Shown one piece after another: positions 59,837 to 64,000 of a stretch of 64,000 nt of DNA; the stretch's first letter is position 1, and every line of letters starts with the position of its first letter. The notes beneath the pieces were generated by a model. That model was not told the DNA's origin. It searched no databases and worked only from the letters and a program-made list of their open reading frames with translations. This stretch comes from Betaproteobacteria bacterium (GTDB taxonomy: Bacteria; Pseudomonadota; Gammaproteobacteria; Burkholderiales; Casimicrobiaceae). A program made the translations under genes and the position numbers. The DNA lies in the NCBI GenBank assembly GCA_032123655.1, contig JAQBEY010000120.1, positions 2 to 64,001 of the forward strand, written 5' to 3'.

Positions 59837-61567
59837 TCACCCGGTCCCAGCGTCGCCAGCAGGTGTCGCCGACGCTGCCAACGGCGCCTCCACCTGCTCG
59901 ATGATCGAATGGGCGCGCGACAGATCACCGAACAGCGGCTCCAGCCGATGCGCGGTGAGCAGGGCGCGGACCTGGTAATGCGCATCGGCCAGGCACAGTT
60001 CCACGCCGTTGTCCTGCATCCGGCGGGCGAAGTCGGCGAACATGCGCAGCGTCGACAGATCGAATTCGGTGGTGAAGGCGAGGTCGATGACGATTCGGCG
60101 CAATGGCCCGGCCATGCCGTCGACCAGAATATCGAGATGCTCGCGCACGGTCTCGACATTGAAGTAGAGCAGGGCGGCATTGGCGCGAAAGACCAGGACG
60201 CCGGGGACGGTCTGCGCGGTCGGGTGCCGGATCAACGAGGCAAAGTGATTCGTCCCGGGGATGCGGCCCAGCACCACGCATTCGGGCTGCGCCAGGCGCC
60301 GGATCAGCAGCGCCAGCGAGAAAATGCAGGCGACCAGCACGCCCTTGAGGATGCCCAGCACCAGCACCGCGGCGATGGTCACCAGCGCGATCACGAACTC
60401 CGGAATGCTGACCCGGCGCATCTGCCGCAATTCGTCCAGCTTGAACATGCTTTGCACCGAAGCGAGCACCAGTGCGGCCAGCAGCGGCTGCGGCAGGCGC
60501 TCGAAGATATCGGTGAGGAACAGCAGCGCCACCACCATCCACGCCGAACACACGACCAGCGACAGCGGCGAGCGCGCACCGGCCTGGTCGTTGACCAGCG
60601 CTTGCGACAGGCCGCCACCGGAAGGAAAGCCGTGGCCGATGGAGATGGCGATATTGGAACCCGCGAGGCCGAGCAGCTCACGGTTGGGGTCGACCGCGTA
60701 GCCATGGCGCAGGGCGAGCAGACGCGCCGCGGCGATGCCCTCGTTGTAGGCCAGCAGAAAGCAGGCGAGCGACAGCGGCAGCAGCGTGTCGAGTTCGGTC
60801 AGATCCAGATGCGGCAGCGCCGGCAGGGGAATTCCGCGCGGAATGGTGCCGACCGTGGCGATGGTCCAGGCTTCGATACCGGGAATCGACATCACCACCA
60901 GCGCGAGCACGACCACGATCAGCGGAATCGGCCAGCGCCGGAAGCGCATCTGGCCGAGTTGCAGCAGCACCAGCGCGGTGAGTCCCAGCGTCAGCGTGGG
61001 CAGATGCGTGGCGCCGATATTTTTTGCGATGTGCGTCAGCGTGCCCCAGAGCCCGTGCTGCCCGCCGGCGAGTCCGAGCAGCAACGGCAACTGGCTCACT
61101 GCGATGACGATCCCCGCGCCGATCTTGAAGCCGGTCAACACGGTTTCCGAGATGAAATGCACGATGGTGCCCCAGCGCATCGCCCAGGCGCCCAGTGCGA
61201 TCAACCCGACGAAAAATGCAGTCGCGGTGGCGAGTGCGGCGTAGCGGGCGGGGTCGGCGGCGGCGAAGGTGCTCAAGGTCGCGGCGAGCGTCAGCGCGAC
61301 GCTGGAGGTCGGCCCGACCGCGAGTTGCCGCGACATCCCGAACAACCAGTAGACCAAACCTGCGAACAGGTAGCAGTAAAGCCCGGTCTGCACCGACATG
61401 CCGGCCAACTGCGCATAGGCGATCGAACTGGGAATCGCATACGCGGCCAGCGTGCTGCCGGCCAGCACGTCGTAGCGGATGTCGGCGCGGTGATAGCCCG
61501 CGGCCCAGGGCAGCAGGCGCTGGCGCAGGGGGCGTGGAGTCGCCGCAGGCTGGTAGGCGTCGATCAT
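59837..61567 (-). CDS. SulP-family inorganic anion transporter with C-terminal STAS domain
   Basis: 576 aa. The N-terminal SulP signature region is (...DVLAGSTLAAYAIPSSIAYAQLAGM...). Multiple TM segments precede a C-terminal STAS-like region (VLVFRANAALLYFN...). Confidence 0.85.
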   Translation of the reverse strand: MIDAYQPAATPRPLRQRLLPWAAGYHRADIRYDVLAGSTLAAYAIPSSIAYAQLAGMSVQTGLYCYLFAGLVYWLFGMSRQLAVGPTSSVALTLAATLSTFAAADPARYAALATATAFFVGLIALGAWAMRWGTIVHFISETVLTGFKIGAGIVIAVSQLPLLLGLAGGQHGLWGTLTHIAKNIGATHLPTLTLGLTALVLLQLGQMRFRRWPIPLIVVVLALVVMSIPGIEAWTIATVGTIPRGIPLPALPHLDLTELDTLLPLSLACFLLAYNEGIAAARLLALRHGYAVDPNRELLGLAGSNIAISIGHGFPSGGGLSQALVNDQAGARSPLSLVVCSAWMVVALLFLTDIFERLPQPLLAALVLASVQSMFKLDELRQMRRVSIPEFVIALVTIAAVLVLGILKGVLVACIFSLALLIRRLAQPECVVLGRIPGTNHFASLIRHPTAQTVPGVLVFRANAALLYFNVETVREHLDILVDGMAGPLRRIVIDLAFTTEFDLSTLRMFADFARRMQDNGVELCLADAHYQVRALLTAHRLEPLFGDLSRAHSIIEQVEAPLAASATPAGDAGTG

Positions 61568-61721
61568 GGCGTGGAGAGCAGGTGAGAGTGGATGCTACCG
61601 GGCAGGCGCGATGCTGTCACGGTGCGCGCTGTGGCGCTAGTGCGCATGTGGCGCATGTGGCCGCTGGTGGCATTCATCGACACGGCCTGCGCCGAAGTGC
61701 ACGCTTGGTCGTGCCGCGGCT

Positions 61722-64000
61722 TCAGTGAAAGTCCCGCGACCGGGTGGGGAGCGAGCCCAGCAGCGGCGTCAGGTCGACCAGCCGCCCGGCGATCCGGTGC
61801 ACGACCTCGCCCTCGCGCTCGACGCGGCCGTAGACGCCCAGCAGGCGCGCGCCGAGCAGTTCGCGGCGCTGCCGGTCGGACAGGTCGCGCCAGACGATGA
61901 CATTGGTCGCGCCGGTCTCGTCCTCGAGGGTCACGAACATGACGCCGCTGGCGGTGTCCGGTCGCTGCCGGCCGATGACGATGCCGGCGGTGCGGGCGAT
62001 GCGCCCGTGCGGCGTGCGCGCGACCTCGGCTGCGGGAATGAGGCGCTGTGCCGCCAGCTGCCGGCGCAGCAGCGCCAGCGGATGGCGGCCGAGCGTGAGG
62101 CCGAGCGCGCGGTAGTCGGCGACGATGTCCTGGCCCTCGGTCGGCGCGGGCAGCGCGGGTACGTCTTCCGCGAAGGTGGCGCCGGTCCCGGCGCCGGCGA
62201 AGAGCGGCGGCAGCTTTTCCACACCGGCGACATCCCAGACGGCGGCGTGGCGATGTCCGGCGAGCGCGGCCAGCGCGCCGGCGGCGGCCAGCGCGGTCAG
62301 GTCGCCGCGGTCCAGCCGCGCGCGCTGCGCGAGGTCGGCCACGTCGGCGAACGGATGCTGCGCACGCGCCGCGACGAGGCGTTGCGCGCCCGCCTGCGAC
62401 AGGCCGGCGACGAGCCGCAGGCCGAGGCGCAGCGCGGCGGGGCAGGGGGCTGCAGTCGACCGCGCGGAAACATCGCTGGCCGGCGAAGGGCATTCTCGAC
62501 GGATCGATTCCGGTCCTGCCTGCGCTGCATCCGCATCCGCATCCACATCCGCATCTGCAGGCGCAGGCGCAGGCGTGACAGGTGCCGTCGCGTCCGCATC
62601 CTCCAGCGTGCAGTCCCAGTCGCTCACTGTGACGTCGACGTTGCGTACCTCGACGTCGTGTCGGCGCGCATCGCCGACGAGTTGCGCCGGCGCGTAGAAG
62701 CCCATCGGCTGCGCGTTGAGCAGCGCGGCGCAGAACGCGGCGGGTTCGTAACGCTTGAGCCAGGCCGACACGTAGACCAGCAGCGAAAACGACGCCGAGT
62801 GCGACTCGGGAAAACCATATTCGCCGAAGCCCAGGATCTGCTGGAAGATCTGCCGCGCGAAGGCTTCGGAGAGTCCACGCGCGCCCATGCCGTCGATCAG
62901 CCGCTGCTCGAATTTTTCCAGCCCGCCCTTGCGCCGCCACGCCGCCATCGAGCGACGCAGGTGATCGGCCTCGCCCGGCGAGAAGCCGGCGGCGACGATG
63001 GCCAGCTGCATCACCTGTTCCTGGAAGATGGGCACGCCCAGCGTGCGTTCGAGCACGCACTTCACCGCGGCGCTGGGATAGGTGACCGGTTCCAGCCCCT
63101 GCCGGCGGCGCAGATAGGGGTGCACCATGCCGCCCTGGATGGGTCCGGGCCGGACGATCGCCACCTCGATCACCAGGTCGTAGAAGCACGCGGGCTTCAG
63201 GCGCGGCAGCATCGACTGCTGCGCGCGCGACTCGATCTGGAACACACCGACCGTGTCGGCGCGCTGGCACATCGCGTAGACGCCCGGGTCCTCGGCCGGG
63301 ATGTCCTGCATGCGCAATTCGACGCCGCGCTGCTGCGAGATCATCGCCAGCGCGCCGCGGATCGCCGACAGCATGCCCAATGCCAGGCAGTCGACCTTGA
63401 GCAGGCCCATGGCGTCGAGGTCGTCCTTGTCCCATTGGATGACCGTGCGCTCGGCCATCGCCGCGTTTTCCACCGGCACCATGCGTTCGAGCAGGCCACG
63501 GGCGATGACGAAGCCGCCGACATGCTGCGACAGGTGGCGCGGAAAACCCATCAGCTCGCCGGTGAGCACGATCAGCCGCCGCAGCAGCGGCGAGTCGGGG
63601 TCGAAGCCCGCCTCGCGGATGCGCAGCGGATCCACCTTGCGGCCATCCCACCAGGCGAACACGCCGGTCAGCCTGTCCACCTGTGCCAGGTCGAGTCCCA
63701 GCGCGCGGCCGACGTCGCGCACCGCGCTTTTCGGACGATAGGTGATGAGCGTCGCCGCCAGCGCGGCGCGCTCGCGGCCGTACTTGCGATAGATATACTG
63801 GATGACCTCCTCGCGGCGCTGGTGCTCGAAGTCGACGTCGATGTCGGGCGGCTCGTTGCGCTCGCGGCTGATGAAGCGCTCGAACAGCATGTTCATGCGC
63901 GCCGGGTCGACCTCGGTGATGCCCAGCGCGTAGCAGACCGCCGAGTTCGCCGCCGAGCCGCGGCCCTGGCAGAGAATGCGCTGCGCGCGCGCGAAGGCGA
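61722..64000 (-). CDS. dnaE2: Error-prone DNA polymerase DnaE2 (ImuC), C-terminal about 760 codons; the 5' end lies beyond the window
   Basis: ...[46 protein letters not shown]... is in frame to the window edge. Pol III alpha finger/thumb regions and a C-terminal OB-fold region are present. Confidence 0.85.
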   Translation of the reverse strand, partial: AFARAQRILCQGRGSAANSAVCYALGITEVDPARMNMLFERFISRERNEPPDIDVDFEHQRREEVIQYIYRKYGRERAALAATLITYRPKSAVRDVGRALGLDLAQVDRLTGVFAWWDGRKVDPLRIREAGFDPDSPLLRRLIVLTGELMGFPRHLSQHVGGFVIARGLLERMVPVENAAMAERTVIQWDKDDLDAMGLLKVDCLALGMLSAIRGALAMISQQRGVELRMQDIPAEDPGVYAMCQRADTVGVFQIESRAQQSMLPRLKPACFYDLVIEVAIVRPGPIQGGMVHPYLRRRQGLEPVTYPSAAVKCVLERTLGVPIFQEQVMQLAIVAAGFSPGEADHLRRSMAAWRRKGGLEKFEQRLIDGMGARGLSEAFARQIFQQILGFGEYGFPESHSASFSLLVYVSAWLKRYEPAAFCAALLNAQPMGFYAPAQLVGDARRHDVEVRNVDVTVSDWDCTLEDADATAPVTPAPAPADADVDADADAAQAGPESIRRECPSPASDVSARSTAAPCPAALRLGLRLVAGLSQAGAQRLVAARAQHPFADVADLAQRARLDRGDLTALAAAGALAALAGHRHAAVWDVAGVEKLPPLFAGAGTGATFAEDVPALPAPTEGQDIVADYRALGLTLGRHPLALLRRQLAAQRLIPAAEVARTPHGRIARTAGIVIGRQRPDTASGVMFVTLEDETGATNVIVWRDLSDRQRRELLGARLLGVYGRVEREGEVVHRIAGRLVDLTPLLGSLPTRSRDFH
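62527..62575. repeat. In-frame hexanucleotide tandem repeats inside dnaE2
   Basis: gcatcc gcatcc gcatcc acatcc gcatct followed by gcaggc gcaggc gcaggc. On the coding strand this encodes ...[16 protein letters not shown].... Confidence 0.7.

Noticed and set aside
61640-61662. Tandem 9-mer gcgcatgtg x2 between the SulP start and the dnaE2 stop
   Set aside because: There are only two copies, no associated structure and no LexA-box-like CTGT-N8-ACAG nearby. It is probably fortuitous.
61564-63651. 695-aa minus-strand ORF in an alternative frame of dnaE2
   Set aside because: Its composition is extremely Arg/Pro/Ala/Gly-rich. The other frame encodes clear DnaE2 motifs through to the window edge.

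Overview
High-GC (qualitatively about 65-70%) proteobacterial chromosome segment. Its gene order looks betaproteobacterial (Burkholderiales-like), but that is inferred from synteny only. Three zones are visible. (1) Positions 1-7.7 kb form a lower-GC accessory conflict island. It holds a complete AbiEi/AbiEii pair, a primase-polymerase (AEP)-SF2 helicase fusion of the family I recall RefSeq labelling 'TOTE conflict system', an IS21-family element, an amidohydrolase remnant and a HigBA module flanked by short repeats. The IS21 element cuts the helicase right after motif II and has no target-site duplication. (2) Positions 7.7-27.3 kb are ordinary core genes, including the conserved rpsB-tsf-pyrH-frr-uppS-cdsA-dxr-rseP-bamA-skp-lpxD-fabZ-lpxA-lpxB-rnhB supercluster. 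(3) Positions 27.3-64 kb are metabolic and envelope loci. These are a GntR-controlled split UxaA/SuyAB-like dehydratase cluster, a coupled flavoprotein-MBL-IMPase operon and a form-II (AYRGAGR) CoxSLM cluster with CoxD/E/G/XdhC. They continue with a six-gene minus-strand operon (disulfide-reductase-like flavoprotein, TVP38, DUF547, two GT2 paralogs, DUF2064) of unknown function, surrounded by other lipid and glycan enzymes. The zone ends with LysR plus arylsulfatase, a frameshifted BASS transporter, an ABC-2 exporter, SulP and a partial DnaE2. I found no rRNA, tRNA or CRISPR array. All calls rest on reading the translated ORFs and the nucleotide sequence by eye. No database search was run, and start codons are approximate.
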